The notes under the pieces are model-generated. The model made no database searches, was not told the origin of the DNA, and worked only from the letters and a program-made list of their open reading frames with translations. Shown here one piece after another: positions 28,452-38,771 of a stretch of 64,000 nt of DNA; the first letter of the stretch is position 1; every line of letters starts with the position of its first letter. The DNA is taken from positions 5,384 through 69,383 of the forward strand of contig JANQSL010000050.1 in the NCBI GenBank assembly GCA_028284075.1. Direction: 5' to 3'. This stretch comes from Candidatus Sumerlaeia bacterium (GTDB lineage Bacteria; Sumerlaeota; Sumerlaeia; SLMS01; JAHLLQ01). A program made the position numbers and the translations under genes.

Positions 28452-29254
28452 CAGTACAGAGTGTTGCTTCCGGATACGCGGCCAACGGCTTTCATATCGA
28501 AAGCGATCCAATCATCGCCGATGAGCGTATAGCCAGTGCACGCACCGGCATGGACCTTGTGCGCGCCGGCGGATACGATACAGGAAAACCACCTTATCCT
28601 TCACCGTGGAATCCCGGCGATGATCCAGGAGCACTCTGCAAGATCGAACTGCCGCAATTGGCGAATCGTGCAATTGCGGAACTGATCGCATCGCCGGAAC
28701 TCGGACGTGTTGCCGCGAAGATAACGGGAGCGCGAATGATACAGGTCTGGTGGGTTCAGCTGCTTTACAAACCACCGGCGCGATCGAATATCCAATCAGC
28801 CACAAAGGTCGGCTGGCACCGTGACTGGACCTATTGGAAGGACGCCTGGGAAGACAAGAGCGAGCTGTTTACCGGGTGGTTTGCTCTCAGCGATGTCAGC
28901 GAGGAATCAGGGCCAATGCATTTTGTTCCGGGCTCGCATCAGTGGAGAAATGTCGAAGGCGGCGACTTCTTTAGCCAAGAGAATGACCAACAAGCCTTTA
29001 GTGTTCCCGAAGGCGGGACGTGGACCGAGACTCCGGCGACAATGAAGGCGGGTGGTGTCAGCTTCCATCACAGTCTGACACTGCACGGCAGCGGAACCAA
29101 CAAGTCGAGAAAACCGCGCTGCAGCTTTGCCATTCACCTTCGCACGGAGCACAGTAAGCCAAGAAATGGAAAGCGTGCTCTTCTAACGGAATTCATCGAC
29201 GACCAGTCGGTTTGCCCGATTATTTTCGGCGATAAAATCGGGAGTGCGTTCTAG
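28448..29254 (+). CDS. Phytanoyl-CoA dioxygenase (PhyH) family protein
   Basis: GWHRDW (HxD), HFVPGSH and a distal FHHSLTLHGS. Its ATG overlaps the stop of the TPR gene. Confidence 0.7.
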   Translation: MTVQSVASGYAANGFHIESDPIIADERIASARTGMDLVRAGGYDTGKPPYPSPWNPGDDPGALCKIELPQLANRAIAELIASPELGRVAAKITGARMIQVWWVQLLYKPPARSNIQSATKVGWHRDWTYWKDAWEDKSELFTGWFALSDVSEESGPMHFVPGSHQWRNVEGGDFFSQENDQQAFSVPEGGTWTETPATMKAGGVSFHHSLTLHGSGTNKSRKPRCSFAIHLRTEHSKPRNGKRALLTEFIDDQSVCPIIFGDKIGSAF

Positions 29255-30138
29255 TTTCCACCGATCGGTCCGGTAAAAGATTCAACTCCCATATAGCGCC
29301 AATGCCACGGTTCTTCCACGTAACCGGTGGCATCGACATTGTCCTCTGTATAAGTCTGCCGGAATCCAAACCGCTCGCCGTGCTCCTGGAGCCACAGGTG
29401 CTCCGGACAGTCTTTCGTGAGAAATCGGCCCGTCTGGCGAGTCGCAATATCCACCGTCGTGCCCAACTGATGCTCGCTGTGACCCGGAGGGGCACTGTAA
29501 CGCTGTTGGAGTCCACTCCGGCGAACGTTGCGCAAGTAGATGGACTGCTGAGTCCTTCCGGAACGATAGGGCGATGAAACGTAAATTTCCAAACCGGCGG
29601 CACGGGCCGCATCAATCAGCTTCATCGCCTGACCGGCAACTTCGCGGCGGAGCTGATAGTTGTGCCCCTCGCGGCCGCCGGTGTATCCTGAAGGGAGTGA
29701 GACGAGATCGTCGGCTTCGTAATCGAGAGGTATCCCCCACCAGCGAATGACGATTTCCTCTCCGAAGGGAATGTTACCATGCTCCTCGATCAATCGGCTG
29801 TTCAAGGGATGGACCCGGTGCAGACCTTTGCGAGGGGCCCAGGCAATGCCATCACCCTGCTCGACGCGAAGCCATTCCTCATCAGTTTCCGCGATCACGC
29901 AATACGTTCCAACAAGCGGTCCGCCCTGCAGAACAACCGCAACCACCCGTGAGTCAAAAGTCGGTTCGACGTGCAGCTCCAGGCTCTCGGTATGGACAGT
30001 CCATGGCGTGTTCGGATCCGCCCCGAGCGGGTCAATCTTCACCTCCCGCGGGGTAAGCTGCGCCGCGACCTGAGCATATAGCAGGGTTACGAGCGCAACA
30101 TTCCCGATCAGTGCAAAGCGGCAAAACCTGAATGACAT
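29251..30138 (-). CDS. Peptidase M15B (VanY-type D-alanyl-D-alanine carboxypeptidase) with N-terminal SH3-like domain
   Basis: SPYRSGRTQ, SEHQLGTTVDI and EPWHWRY motifs. Signal-like MSFRFCRFALIGNVALVTLLYAQ from ATG 30138. Confidence 0.75.
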   Translation of the reverse strand: MSFRFCRFALIGNVALVTLLYAQVAAQLTPREVKIDPLGADPNTPWTVHTESLELHVEPTFDSRVVAVVLQGGPLVGTYCVIAETDEEWLRVEQGDGIAWAPRKGLHRVHPLNSRLIEEHGNIPFGEEIVIRWWGIPLDYEADDLVSLPSGYTGGREGHNYQLRREVAGQAMKLIDAARAAGLEIYVSSPYRSGRTQQSIYLRNVRRSGLQQRYSAPPGHSEHQLGTTVDIATRQTGRFLTKDCPEHLWLQEHGERFGFRQTYTEDNVDATGYVEEPWHWRYMGVESFTGPIGGN

Positions 30139-30247
30139 GGGTGGAATACTCCGTGGATAGGTCGAACCGACATCCGCCCGAGAGATGGCATCAAGCCCGG
30201 CGAGCTCGTTGCATGCAACAGGAGAGGCGATGCTGCGCCACAGGTTC

Positions 30248-30277
30248 AAAAAAAAGCCGGAAATTCAATTTCCGGCT
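30248..30277 (-). terminator. Rho-independent terminator ending the respiratory operon
   Basis: Minus strand reads AGCCGGAAA-TTGAA-TTTCCGGCT followed by TTTTTTTT. Lies 39 nt after the ctaE stop. Confidence 0.8.
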
Positions 30278-30315
30278 CTGAAACACTTCGATGCGGGGTT
30301 TGCTGGAACTTCCCG

Positions 30316-31179
30316 TTAGTACGCCTCATAGAGCGCATAAACGAACACAAACACAAAGATCCAGACAACATCCACAAGGTGCCAGTACCATGAAGCGGCC
30401 TGCATCGAGAAGTGGCGGCGCTTGCTGAAGTGCCCAATTTCAAGACGGCCATAAACAAGCAGCAACATGATGAGACCGGTCATGACGTGAAAACCGTGAA
30501 AGCCAGTCAGTACATAGAAAACCGTTCCGAAGACGTTGCTGCCAACGGTAAAGCCGCGCTCCATGAACACGCCCCATTCATATCCCTGGATGGCGAGAAA
30601 GATGAGTCCCAGAGCAATGGTGACCAGCATCCAATCCTTACAGAGCCCTTTTTTGCCTTTCAACAACGCCTTGTGAGCAACCTCACAGGTGATGGAACTG
30701 GCCAGCAGAATGCCGAGCCCGATGGCCGGCAGGCTTACATGCCAGTGGGCGGGACTGCCATCCAGGGGCCAGAATTTCTCCGGATCTCCGTGAATGTCAT
30801 GGAGGCATCCGAAAAAGTAGGCGAAGACAGATCCGAAAATGGCGATCTCGGAAAGGAAGAAAAGCTTCGTGCCGAGAACCAGGTCCCGCCCCTGAGCGGC
30901 TTCGCCAAAGTGACCGGCCCACTTGTCGACGATGACGCTGTGACACCAGCCCATAACCGGTACAAGAGACGATCCAAGGCCCAGGAGAACCAGACTCCAG
31001 CCCACGAACCTGAGGGCATCGCCGCCCCACAGCAAAATGACCGTTCCCGCGGGAATGAAGGCCATGGTGACAGAAAGGAGAAACGGCCAATAACTCGGGG
31101 CCGGATTAAGCGAAGGGAGGTACTCGACGTCGTGGTGGCCGTCGTCGTGGGCGTCGTGAGCGTGTTCGGCGGTCGCCAT
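30316..31179 (-). CDS. ctaE: Cytochrome c oxidase subunit III
   Basis: Multi-helix protein with GFHGFHV and WYWHLVDVVW motifs. Internal ATG 31179 chosen; the upstream part of the track ORF is Arg-rich junk. Confidence 0.85.
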   Translation of the reverse strand: MATAEHAHDAHDDGHHDVEYLPSLNPAPSYWPFLLSVTMAFIPAGTVILLWGGDALRFVGWSLVLLGLGSSLVPVMGWCHSVIVDKWAGHFGEAAQGRDLVLGTKLFFLSEIAIFGSVFAYFFGCLHDIHGDPEKFWPLDGSPAHWHVSLPAIGLGILLASSITCEVAHKALLKGKKGLCKDWMLVTIALGLIFLAIQGYEWGVFMERGFTVGSNVFGTVFYVLTGFHGFHVMTGLIMLLLVYGRLEIGHFSKRRHFSMQAASWYWHLVDVVWIFVFVFVYALYEAY

Positions 31180-31193
31180 GGGTCTGCGGATCC

Positions 31194-31355
31194 TCAGTGA
31201 GAAATGGTTTTTTTGGACTCGGACGGGTCCCAGTAGTTGTTGAACAGCGGTCCGGACAGAAGCATCAGGCCAAGGATGAACGCAACCAGTACGGCGAGCC
31301 AGAGGAGATTTCCACGGCGCTGTTCGTCGGTTACGTGGGCGGGTGCGGTGGTCAT
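31194..31355 (-). CDS. Unlisted 53-aa single-pass membrane protein between ctaG and ctaE (possible small oxidase subunit)
   Basis: Hand translation gives MTTAPAHVTDEQRRGNLLWLAVLVAFILGLMLLSGPLFNNYWDPSESKKTISH. Its ATG overlaps the ctaG stop as ATGA. It is below the track's length cut-off. Confidence 0.45.
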   Translation of the reverse strand: MTTAPAHVTDEQRRGNLLWLAVLVAFILGLMLLSGPLFNNYWDPSESKKTISH

Positions 31356-31990
31356 TGCGTTTCCTTCTCCTCGGCGGCTTTGGCGGCAACCGACTCAAGA
31401 TAGTCCTTCTCGGTCAGTTCGAAAAGGGTGTAGTTGAGCGTCACGGCATCGATGTCATCGTCCAGGTCGGTGCCAATGGTGTAAACGACGGGCAGAGAAA
31501 GCGACTGACGAGACTCGAGTTTCTGGTCATCGAAACAGAAGCATTCGTGAAGAGTGAAGTGGTCCGTGGCCCGCCGCGTGGGCGTCACGGAGTGAACGGG
31601 CCGGAAGAATACCGGCTGGTCGGAGAGATTGACAAACTTGTAGTCGTTCAGGGCCTGCTGCCCGGTGGAGATCTTCTGAATGCGCTCGACGGGTGCGAGC
31701 GTAATGGGCAGATTTCCATGAATGCCCCCCATGAACCGAACGGTGATTTCGCGTCCGGGGCCGTCGGTGGCAACGGCCTTGCGATTCGGGTTTTGTTCAA
31801 TCCCGACGACCCGGCAAAGCATGTCGAAGAGCGGCACGTTGGCGAATGCAAATCCAAACATGCCAAATCCCACCACCAGCAACACAATGAGCGTCTTGCG
31901 GTTTGTTCGAGAGCCGCGACCGGATTCCGCCGCTTCCCACTCCGCATCAACAGTGGGAGTCGTCTTGCGTGTAACATCAGGTGTGGTCAT
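31352..31990 (-). CDS. ctaG: Cytochrome c oxidase copper assembly protein CtaG/Cox11
   Basis: FAFANVPLFDMLCRV and CFCFDDQ motifs typical of Cox11. Confidence 0.85.
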   Translation of the reverse strand: MTTPDVTRKTTPTVDAEWEAAESGRGSRTNRKTLIVLLVVGFGMFGFAFANVPLFDMLCRVVGIEQNPNRKAVATDGPGREITVRFMGGIHGNLPITLAPVERIQKISTGQQALNDYKFVNLSDQPVFFRPVHSVTPTRRATDHFTLHECFCFDDQKLESRQSLSLPVVYTIGTDLDDDIDAVTLNYTLFELTEKDYLESVAAKAAEEKETQ

Positions 31991-31994
31991 GATA

Positions 31995-32888
31995 TCATCC
32001 CTTTCCGCCCAACAGTCCGGCCGGCAGGACAGCGTCGATCATCAGGCCGACAAACAGTACGAGCAGATAAACAATGGAATAGCCAAAGAGCTTCCAGGAC
32101 TGACGAGGCTCCGGCACACGAACGACTTTGACAACAAGGTGCAGGAAGAGCCCGCCCAACAGAGTGGCGAGAATTGTGTAGAACCAGCCTGCGCCGACAA
32201 AAGGCAGCATTAGCGTAACGGCAACGGTGACCAGAGTGTAGAGGAAGATCTGCCGAAGCGTTTCGCGGTCGCCCTTGACAACTGGCAACATCGGATACTG
32301 AACAGTCTTGTAGTCTTCCTTGAGGCAAAAAGCCAGGGCCCAAAAATGTGGTGGCGTCCAGAAAAAGATGATCAGGAACATGAGGATGGGTGCGGCGGCC
32401 ATGGAGTTGGTGGCCGCGGCCCAGCAAATGATGGGACCCATGGCTCCGGCCGCGCCGCCGATAACGATGTTCAGATATGTTCTCGGCTTTAGCCAGAGCG
32501 TGTAAAAGAAACTGTAGAAACCGATGGTGGCCAGAGCCAGCAATGAACTGAAGGGATTGAAACGCACCCAGAAAATCGTGCAGCCCACGACACCGAGGGT
32601 GATGGCGAAGATCAGGGCCGGCATGGGCTTGATCGTGCCGTTGGGAAGGGGACGCTTCTTCGCGGTGCGAGTCATTTGCGCGTCGATTTCACGCTCAAAG
32701 TACTGATTGAAGGCGGAAGCGCTGCCCGCCGTCATGAAGAGCGCCAGCAGGCAGAGCAAAAAGTCCAGAGGGCGCCCCGAAAAGGAACCCTCCATAACCA
32801 GAGCGGCACTGCCGGTGATGATCACCAGCAATCCGATAGTCGGCTTGGTCAGACTAAGATACGCGCGCAGTATGCGCATTGAATTCAT
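31995..32888 (-). CDS. ctaB: Protohaem IX farnesyltransferase (haem O synthase)
   Basis: LTKPTIGLLV..., NQYFEREIDAQMTRT, and a UbiA-family polytopic pattern. Start is uncertain (32888 or 32879). Confidence 0.85.
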   Translation of the reverse strand: MNSMRILRAYLSLTKPTIGLLVIITGSAALVMEGSFSGRPLDFLLCLLALFMTAGSASAFNQYFEREIDAQMTRTAKKRPLPNGTIKPMPALIFAITLGVVGCTIFWVRFNPFSSLLALATIGFYSFFYTLWLKPRTYLNIVIGGAAGAMGPIICWAAATNSMAAAPILMFLIIFFWTPPHFWALAFCLKEDYKTVQYPMLPVVKGDRETLRQIFLYTLVTVAVTLMLPFVGAGWFYTILATLLGGLFLHLVVKVVRVPEPRQSWKLFGYSIVYLLVLFVGLMIDAVLPAGLLGGKG

Positions 32889-34050
32889 TCTCCTGCGCGT
32901 CGGATTCGGCGGCCGAAGCAGCCCCTTGCTTTTCGTGTTCCAAAAGCGCCGCGTTGTTTTGCGTTTCAAAGGTTAGTGCGATCAGGAGCTGAAAAAGAAC
33001 AAGACCGGTCGCAAGGTGAAGAATACCGAGAGAATAGGGCACGGCTTCAAGCAATGTGACAATCCCCAGCAAAATCTGAAAAACAACCACAAAGGCCACG
33101 GCTCGCAACGTCCAGCGCCCGGCCATGGAAAGGGGACGGGCGATCAGCTTCGCAACGAGCAGGGCGACTGCGACAAGCACGATAAAAGCGAACCAGCGAT
33201 GGACGAACTGAACAAGAAGCAGGCTCTCAAGGAAGTTGCGATACCACGGCGAGTGGATGAAGAGAGCTTCGCCTGAAGGCACGATGGGTCCGTTTTCTCC
33301 CATGTGAGGCCATGTGTTCCAGAATTTCCCGGCGCCTGTCTTTGCAACGATACCGCCGAGGAAGATTTGGATCAGGCAGAGAATCGTTGCCGCCCACGCA
33401 AGCCGGCTGACTTTGGGAGCACGCTCCGGAACCGCTGCCTCGGCGGGGCGGCTCAACCGCAGAGCCATCCAGAGAATCAGCGAAACGAAGATAAAAGCGG
33501 TCGTTAGATGGATGGAGACATAAAGTGGATGCGTGTGGTTCAATACAACGTGACCGCCCAGGGTGATTTGGGAAACAAGAACAATCACCGATGCCAAAAG
33601 CATCCATCCGATGCGCTTGCGCATATCGGCGTTGAGCAGGACTTGAACGATCACCACAAGAAACAGAATGCCGAAGAGACCCGCGACAGCGCGGTGGCTG
33701 TATTCGATCCAGAACTCCTTCTTCACTCGGGAAATCGGCAGCCAGTCAGAGGCCTCCAGCGGTTTGATGACCTCTTCATGATAAACGTCGGAGATACGCT
33801 GCCACTGCTGCGCGTTCATGGGCGGCAAGAGGCTGTACTGCGTTTCCGCCGGATTCTCACTGTAATCGATCAGCGGCCAGTGAGGAATGGACATGCCTGA
33901 TCCCGTCAGCCGTACGGTACCGCCGACGATCACAAGAAGAAACAGAACCCCCAGGAGCACGCGAAACCAGATGGTCAGGCGCACCTGAGAGGGAACCGGT
34001 GCCGGGACGGCCGGTTCCTGAGACGATTCGGAAGTGTGGGTGTTGCTCAT
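32854..34050 (-). CDS. ctaA: Haem A synthase CtaA/COX15
   Basis: GGTVRLTGSGMSIPHWP, HR pairs in TM helices (EYSHRAVA, FVHRWFA). ATG 34050 chosen. Confidence 0.8.
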   Translation of the reverse strand: MSNTHTSESSQEPAVPAPVPSQVRLTIWFRVLLGVLFLLVIVGGTVRLTGSGMSIPHWPLIDYSENPAETQYSLLPPMNAQQWQRISDVYHEEVIKPLEASDWLPISRVKKEFWIEYSHRAVAGLFGILFLVVIVQVLLNADMRKRIGWMLLASVIVLVSQITLGGHVVLNHTHPLYVSIHLTTAFIFVSLILWMALRLSRPAEAAVPERAPKVSRLAWAATILCLIQIFLGGIVAKTGAGKFWNTWPHMGENGPIVPSGEALFIHSPWYRNFLESLLLVQFVHRWFAFIVLVAVALLVAKLIARPLSMAGRWTLRAVAFVVVFQILLGIVTLLEAVPYSLGILHLATGLVLFQLLIALTFETQNNAALLEHEKQGAASAAESDAQENEFNAHTARVS

Positions 34051-34085
34051 GTCTTGCAAGGCCCCTGATTCCGGGCCCGGACGGG

Positions 34086-35750
34086 TCAGCCTCCGGTGGA
34101 GGCGGTCCCCTTCAGAACCGGAATCTTGTCGAAGTTGTAGGGGGGCGGTGGGCTGGGAATGTCCCAAACCAGTGATTTCTGCACGTCGTTGATGCCCCAG
34201 GGATCATTGCCGCAGGTCTTTGGCTTCCGAAGAGCATCGATGATGGAGTAGATGAACAGAGCTCCGGAGGCGGCCATACCCAGGTAGCCGAAGGAGATGA
34301 GGTGGTTAATGGCGGCGAATTCCTCACGATACTGCCAGATGCGACGCGCCATGCCCTGGACGCCAACAAGGTGCATGGGAAGGAATGTCAGGTTCATGCC
34401 GAGGATAAAGAGCCAGAACACGGCATTGCCGATCTTTTCGCTGAGGAAACGACCCGACATCTTGGGAAAGTAGAAATACGTTCCGGCAAAAAGGCCGGTC
34501 ACGGCCCCGCCAACCAGAACGTAGTGAAAGTGAGCGACAACGAAGTAGCTGTCGTGCACCTGAAGGTCGATCGGCACATTCGCCAGCCAGACTCCACTGA
34601 TACCGCCGATGACAAAAAGGCTGATAAAGGCGAGGGCGAACTTCATCGATACCGTGAAGCGAATGGTTCCGCCCCAAATGGTTGCCAGCCACGACCAGAT
34701 CTTCACCCCGGTTGGCACGGCGATCACCATCGTCATGAAGGAGAACCACAAACGCAGCTCAGGAGAAATGCCCGCGGTGAACATGTGATGACCCCAGACA
34801 AGAAAGCCAAGAACGCCGATGGCACAGACAGCCCACACCATGCCTGTATAACCGAAGATGCGCTTGCGGGAAAAGGCGGCGAGGGCGTGCGAAATCAGGC
34901 CGAAAGCCGGTAGCACCATGATGTAAACGGCAGGATGGGAATAGAACCAGAAGAGATGCTGATACAGAACAGGGTCGCCCCCCAGAGCGGGCTTGAAAAA
35001 GCCGGTGCCGAAACCACGATCAAGCAGCACCATCGTCACTGCGCCGGAAAGAACCGGTGTCCCGATGAGAATCAGCCAGGCGTTCACCAGCCAGGTCCAG
35101 ACGAAGAGAGGCATCTTCATGAGACTCATGCCGGGTGCCCGCATGTTCATGACGGTGACAATGAAGTTGATGGCTCCCGTGATGGAAGAAAGGCCCGCGA
35201 GGTGAACGGCGAGGATCCACATGTCGACACCGGGTCCGCCGGAGTACTCTTTGAGAGAAAGTGGCGGATAGGCGGTCCAGCCGGCGGCGGCGGCGCCGCC
35301 CTGGACGAAGAACGATGCGGCCATCAGCCCTCCGGCGGGAATCAACAGCCAGAAGCTGAAAGCGTTAAGGCGCGGGAAAGCCATATCGCGCGCGCCGATC
35401 ATGATGGGCACCAGATAGTTGCCGAAACCGGCAAGTGCCGGAATGATCACGACGAAGATCATGACGGACGCGTGCATCGTGACCATTGCATTGTAAAACT
35501 CGGGCGAGAGCACTTCAAGGTCATGCGATGTCAGCTGGGCGCGAATCGCGCCGGCAAACGCTCCGCCGAAGACGGCGCCAATCAGCGCAAGTCCCAGATA
35601 CAGCATTCCGAGAACCTTGTGGTCCGTGGAGCTGAGAATGCCCAGAATGCCGCCGGGGAGACGAACGGCCTTGTGTGGGGTTTCCGGAAAGTCGGGACGC
35701 TTTGATGGCTGCGCCGAACTTCCGGGAGGTGGTGTTTCAAGCAAACTCAT
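34086..35750 (-). CDS. ctaD: Cytochrome c oxidase subunit I
   Basis: Canonical haem-copper oxidase motifs: WFYSHPAVY, GHHMFT, HFHYVL. Confidence 0.95.
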   Translation of the reverse strand: MSLLETPPPGSSAQPSKRPDFPETPHKAVRLPGGILGILSSTDHKVLGMLYLGLALIGAVFGGAFAGAIRAQLTSHDLEVLSPEFYNAMVTMHASVMIFVVIIPALAGFGNYLVPIMIGARDMAFPRLNAFSFWLLIPAGGLMAASFFVQGGAAAAGWTAYPPLSLKEYSGGPGVDMWILAVHLAGLSSITGAINFIVTVMNMRAPGMSLMKMPLFVWTWLVNAWLILIGTPVLSGAVTMVLLDRGFGTGFFKPALGGDPVLYQHLFWFYSHPAVYIMVLPAFGLISHALAAFSRKRIFGYTGMVWAVCAIGVLGFLVWGHHMFTAGISPELRLWFSFMTMVIAVPTGVKIWSWLATIWGGTIRFTVSMKFALAFISLFVIGGISGVWLANVPIDLQVHDSYFVVAHFHYVLVGGAVTGLFAGTYFYFPKMSGRFLSEKIGNAVFWLFILGMNLTFLPMHLVGVQGMARRIWQYREEFAAINHLISFGYLGMAASGALFIYSIIDALRKPKTCGNDPWGINDVQKSLVWDIPSPPPPYNFDKIPVLKGTASTGG

Positions 35751-35782
35751 GATCGGTCAAGCCTCGGCAAATGTCTTCGGTA

Positions 35783-36547
35783 TCAGCTATTCTGCGCGAG
35801 CGAATTGCCCGCTGGAATTGTGCCGCCACGGTCGATGATCCACTCTTCAAACTCTTCCTGGGAAACGACCCGCACATCGATGTACATCTGGGAATGGAGT
35901 GAGCCGCAAAGTTCGGCACACTGACCCTTGTACCATCCCTGCTCCTCGACATTAAACCAGATCTGCGTCAAACGTCCCGGTACCGTATCGATCTTAACAC
36001 CAAATGCAGGTACCCACCATGCATGGAGAACATCAGCACTTGTGCAGTCGGCAACGACGGTCTTGTCGACGGGAATCACGAGAGGCTCGTCAGAGATACG
36101 AACGTCCCCGAATTCCGGATACCGGTACTCCCAAAGGAACTGACGCCCGATAATTTCAATTCGCATGTCAGCGGGAGGCGGGTTTTCGATTTTCTTGATG
36201 ATCGGGTAAGAGGGTACGGCCATTACCACCAGAACGAGAATGGGAATGACGGTCCAGAAGATTTCAAGTTTGATGTTTTCGTGAAAGGTCGCGGGCTTTC
36301 GACCGGGAGCGTCCTTGAATTTCGCAATGCACCAGAACAGAATGATCTGGGGAAGGATCAGAAAAACACCCGTGATCAATGCCACAAAGATCCAGTAACT
36401 GCGGACCGTATGGGCGATCGGCGTTACCGGCTCATTGAACAGGTTCGTGATGGGCGAATCCGCGTCGCCCCCGGCACCGGCGTAAGCCGCAGCCGCTGCA
36501 AGAACGCCAAGCGCCGAAATCGCGCCCGCTTTCCAGTTCAACTTCAT
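35783..36547 (-). CDS. ctaC: Cytochrome c oxidase subunit II (CuA), without a fused cytochrome c domain
   Basis: CuA motif DVLHAW...CAELCGSLHSQM. The protein ends about 40 aa after the CuA site. Confidence 0.9.
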   Translation of the reverse strand: MKLNWKAGAISALGVLAAAAAYAGAGGDADSPITNLFNEPVTPIAHTVRSYWIFVALITGVFLILPQIILFWCIAKFKDAPGRKPATFHENIKLEIFWTVIPILVLVVMAVPSYPIIKKIENPPPADMRIEIIGRQFLWEYRYPEFGDVRISDEPLVIPVDKTVVADCTSADVLHAWWVPAFGVKIDTVPGRLTQIWFNVEEQGWYKGQCAELCGSLHSQMYIDVRVVSQEEFEEWIIDRGGTIPAGNSLAQNS

Positions 36548-37509
36548 CAGTGCGTAACTCCTTCACGAGCAAGCGCGGTCACGTATTGTTGGAGATCGGC
36601 GATTTGTTGACGCGACATTGTCGCGTATCCGTGAATACTACTGCCGAACTCGCTCTCAACCATGACCTTTGCGAAGGCATCGGAATCCGTCAACCAGTTC
36701 GCTCGCGAGTAACTGCTGAAGGGAGGAGTGGATACGCGCATGTAGGGAGCGGTTGTCAAAACCCGCACGGACTCCATTCCACCGCCGCCGGGTCCGTGAC
36801 AATCCGCGCAGGATGCGGCGTACAACTCCGCGCCGGGCATGTCTGCAAGACTCTCGGGAGCGGATGCCTGAATCGGCTCCGGCAAAGTTGTCTTCATGCT
36901 CGCCAGCGCGATGTGAATCTCCTCCGGCTTCGGCCCGCCGCCAGCGAGGCCGGCTTCGCCGCCACCGGATTCACCATCACTGCCGGCGGGAAGCGCGGCG
37001 ATATCGTCGTCGGAAACTTCACCCGGCTCGGGAATCCATGCTTCACGAAGAAAGTGGATAATGGCGATCCGCTCCTCTTCCGGCGTGAGCTGATAGGATG
37101 CCATGGAGCCACCGGGAATACCTTCCTGCAGTGTCTTCCACATGCCACCAACCGAAACACCGTTTTTCCATCCGCTCATTTCGTGGAAATTACGAGGCTT
37201 GGGATTCAGGCTGAGTCCCTTGTCACCATTGCCGTAACCCTCGTCACCGTGGCAGGAAGCGCAGTAAAGACCGTACAAGCCCTTGCCTTTGCTAACGAGT
37301 TCATCCGTTGGTTCCGCCATGGCCTGGATGTTGGGTCTGGGCTTCTCACGGCGAACGATTTTTTCCTCTTCAGGTTTCTGGCCTTCGATGCGCCCATGTA
37401 AAAAGCCGGATGCAAACACCCAGCCGACCACGATGACCGACGCCAGAGCGATGGGCACGTAGGCGAGCGGATTGGTTTTGTCCTTTGGGCCTTCAAACTT
37501 GTGAGCCAT
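36547..37509 (-). CDS. Membrane-anchored dihaem cytochrome c
   Basis: N-terminal TM helix and two CxxCH motifs (CASCH, CADCH) separated by an acidic/Gly-rich linker. Start and stop overlap actF and ctaC by 1 nt each. Confidence 0.8.
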   Translation of the reverse strand: MAHKFEGPKDKTNPLAYVPIALASVIVVGWVFASGFLHGRIEGQKPEEEKIVRREKPRPNIQAMAEPTDELVSKGKGLYGLYCASCHGDEGYGNGDKGLSLNPKPRNFHEMSGWKNGVSVGGMWKTLQEGIPGGSMASYQLTPEEERIAIIHFLREAWIPEPGEVSDDDIAALPAGSDGESGGGEAGLAGGGPKPEEIHIALASMKTTLPEPIQASAPESLADMPGAELYAASCADCHGPGGGGMESVRVLTTAPYMRVSTPPFSSYSRANWLTDSDAFAKVMVESEFGSSIHGYATMSRQQIADLQQYVTALAREGVTH

Positions 37510-38750
37510 TACAGATAGCTCCCATTCACGCTCATGACCAGATGGGGATCACCCATCGGAAGAACGGAGTTGCGGGAGTATGCCTGGTTCAGACAAATCC
37601 CGAACACTCCGAGTAATGCAAGGAACGAACCGATCGCAGCCGTTCCGGGAAATACCGGTGACGAGTTGAAAACAGGGTAAATCATCCAGTAGAGGTCCAG
37701 GAACTGTCCCGTGAGAACCAGCAGGCAGACGATCACGATCACAGTCGGGTTGCCGCGGAAAGGCTGAGGCATCAGCCCGGCAAAGGGGACGATCCATTTC
37801 AGCAGCGGAAGCAGAACAAATACAAGGCCCCAGCCGTTCTGGCTTCGTGCGATCATATAGAATGTCTCTTCGGGAATATTCGCGTACCAGATCAGCATAT
37901 ACTGCGAAAAACCGATATAGCACATGAAGCAGGAAAAGGCCATAATCCATGTGCCAAGGTCGTAGAGCTGACGGTGCGTGATGGCGGGACGAACCGTCGG
38001 CACACGCCGGAATGCCAGCGTGATTAACGCAATGACGCATGTGGTGGACAGAAAAAGACCGGAGAAGCAGTACACTCCGAACATGGTGGAGAACCACTTC
38101 GACTCAAGGGCCATCAACAGATCAATGCAATGAATCGAAAACGTATAGCCGAAGAGAATCAGAAAAGCGATGGAGAGCTTGATGTTCTTCTGCTTCAGCC
38201 TCTCCCCTTCCTTGCGTGCCTTGTCGGACGACAACGAATTCCGAAGGATCAGAAACGCCATTCCACCCCAGATAGCGTAGAAGACGATTCCTTTGACGAC
38301 AACAAACGGCTGCGACAGGAAGAATCCCTTGGTAATCAGATCGTTGCTGCTGTTGTTGTGATAAACGCCGCCCTTGCCGAGAGACTCCCGCAGCGTGGAT
38401 TCGACGTCATAGAGGGTTCCGTAACCACCGATCGAGATCACAAGAAAGATCAGCAGTCCGAAGGGAAGAAACCAGGCCATACCCTCGGCGAAACGCCGGA
38501 CGGCAACGGACCAACGCGCACTGGCGACATACTGAATGGCGGTGAAGACCACGCCCCCGAGACCCAGCATGAGGAAAAACATGTAGCTGAGGAGAAGCCC
38601 CTGCCATGCGCGAACACTGTCGCTGGCAAACCCGTCAATCACCAGCAGCAGTCCGAGAATGATGGCGACAATGAAGCCACCCATCAGTCCCTTCGAAATC
38701 CGAACGGGACCGGGGTCCTTGACTTCCGTAATGAGATCGTGTCCGTGCAT
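37509..38750 (-). CDS. actF: Alternative Complex III subunit ActF (NrfD-like polytopic membrane protein)
   Basis: About 10-helix membrane protein at the position after actE, as in known act clusters. Confidence 0.7.
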   Translation of the reverse strand: MHGHDLITEVKDPGPVRISKGLMGGFIVAIILGLLLVIDGFASDSVRAWQGLLLSYMFFLMLGLGGVVFTAIQYVASARWSVAVRRFAEGMAWFLPFGLLIFLVISIGGYGTLYDVESTLRESLGKGGVYHNNSSNDLITKGFFLSQPFVVVKGIVFYAIWGGMAFLILRNSLSSDKARKEGERLKQKNIKLSIAFLILFGYTFSIHCIDLLMALESKWFSTMFGVYCFSGLFLSTTCVIALITLAFRRVPTVRPAITHRQLYDLGTWIMAFSCFMCYIGFSQYMLIWYANIPEETFYMIARSQNGWGLVFVLLPLLKWIVPFAGLMPQPFRGNPTVIVIVCLLVLTGQFLDLYWMIYPVFNSSPVFPGTAAIGSFLALLGVFGICLNQAYSRNSVLPMGDPHLVMSVNGSYL

Positions 38751-38771
38751 GAAAGCGATCCGTGTCTCCGG

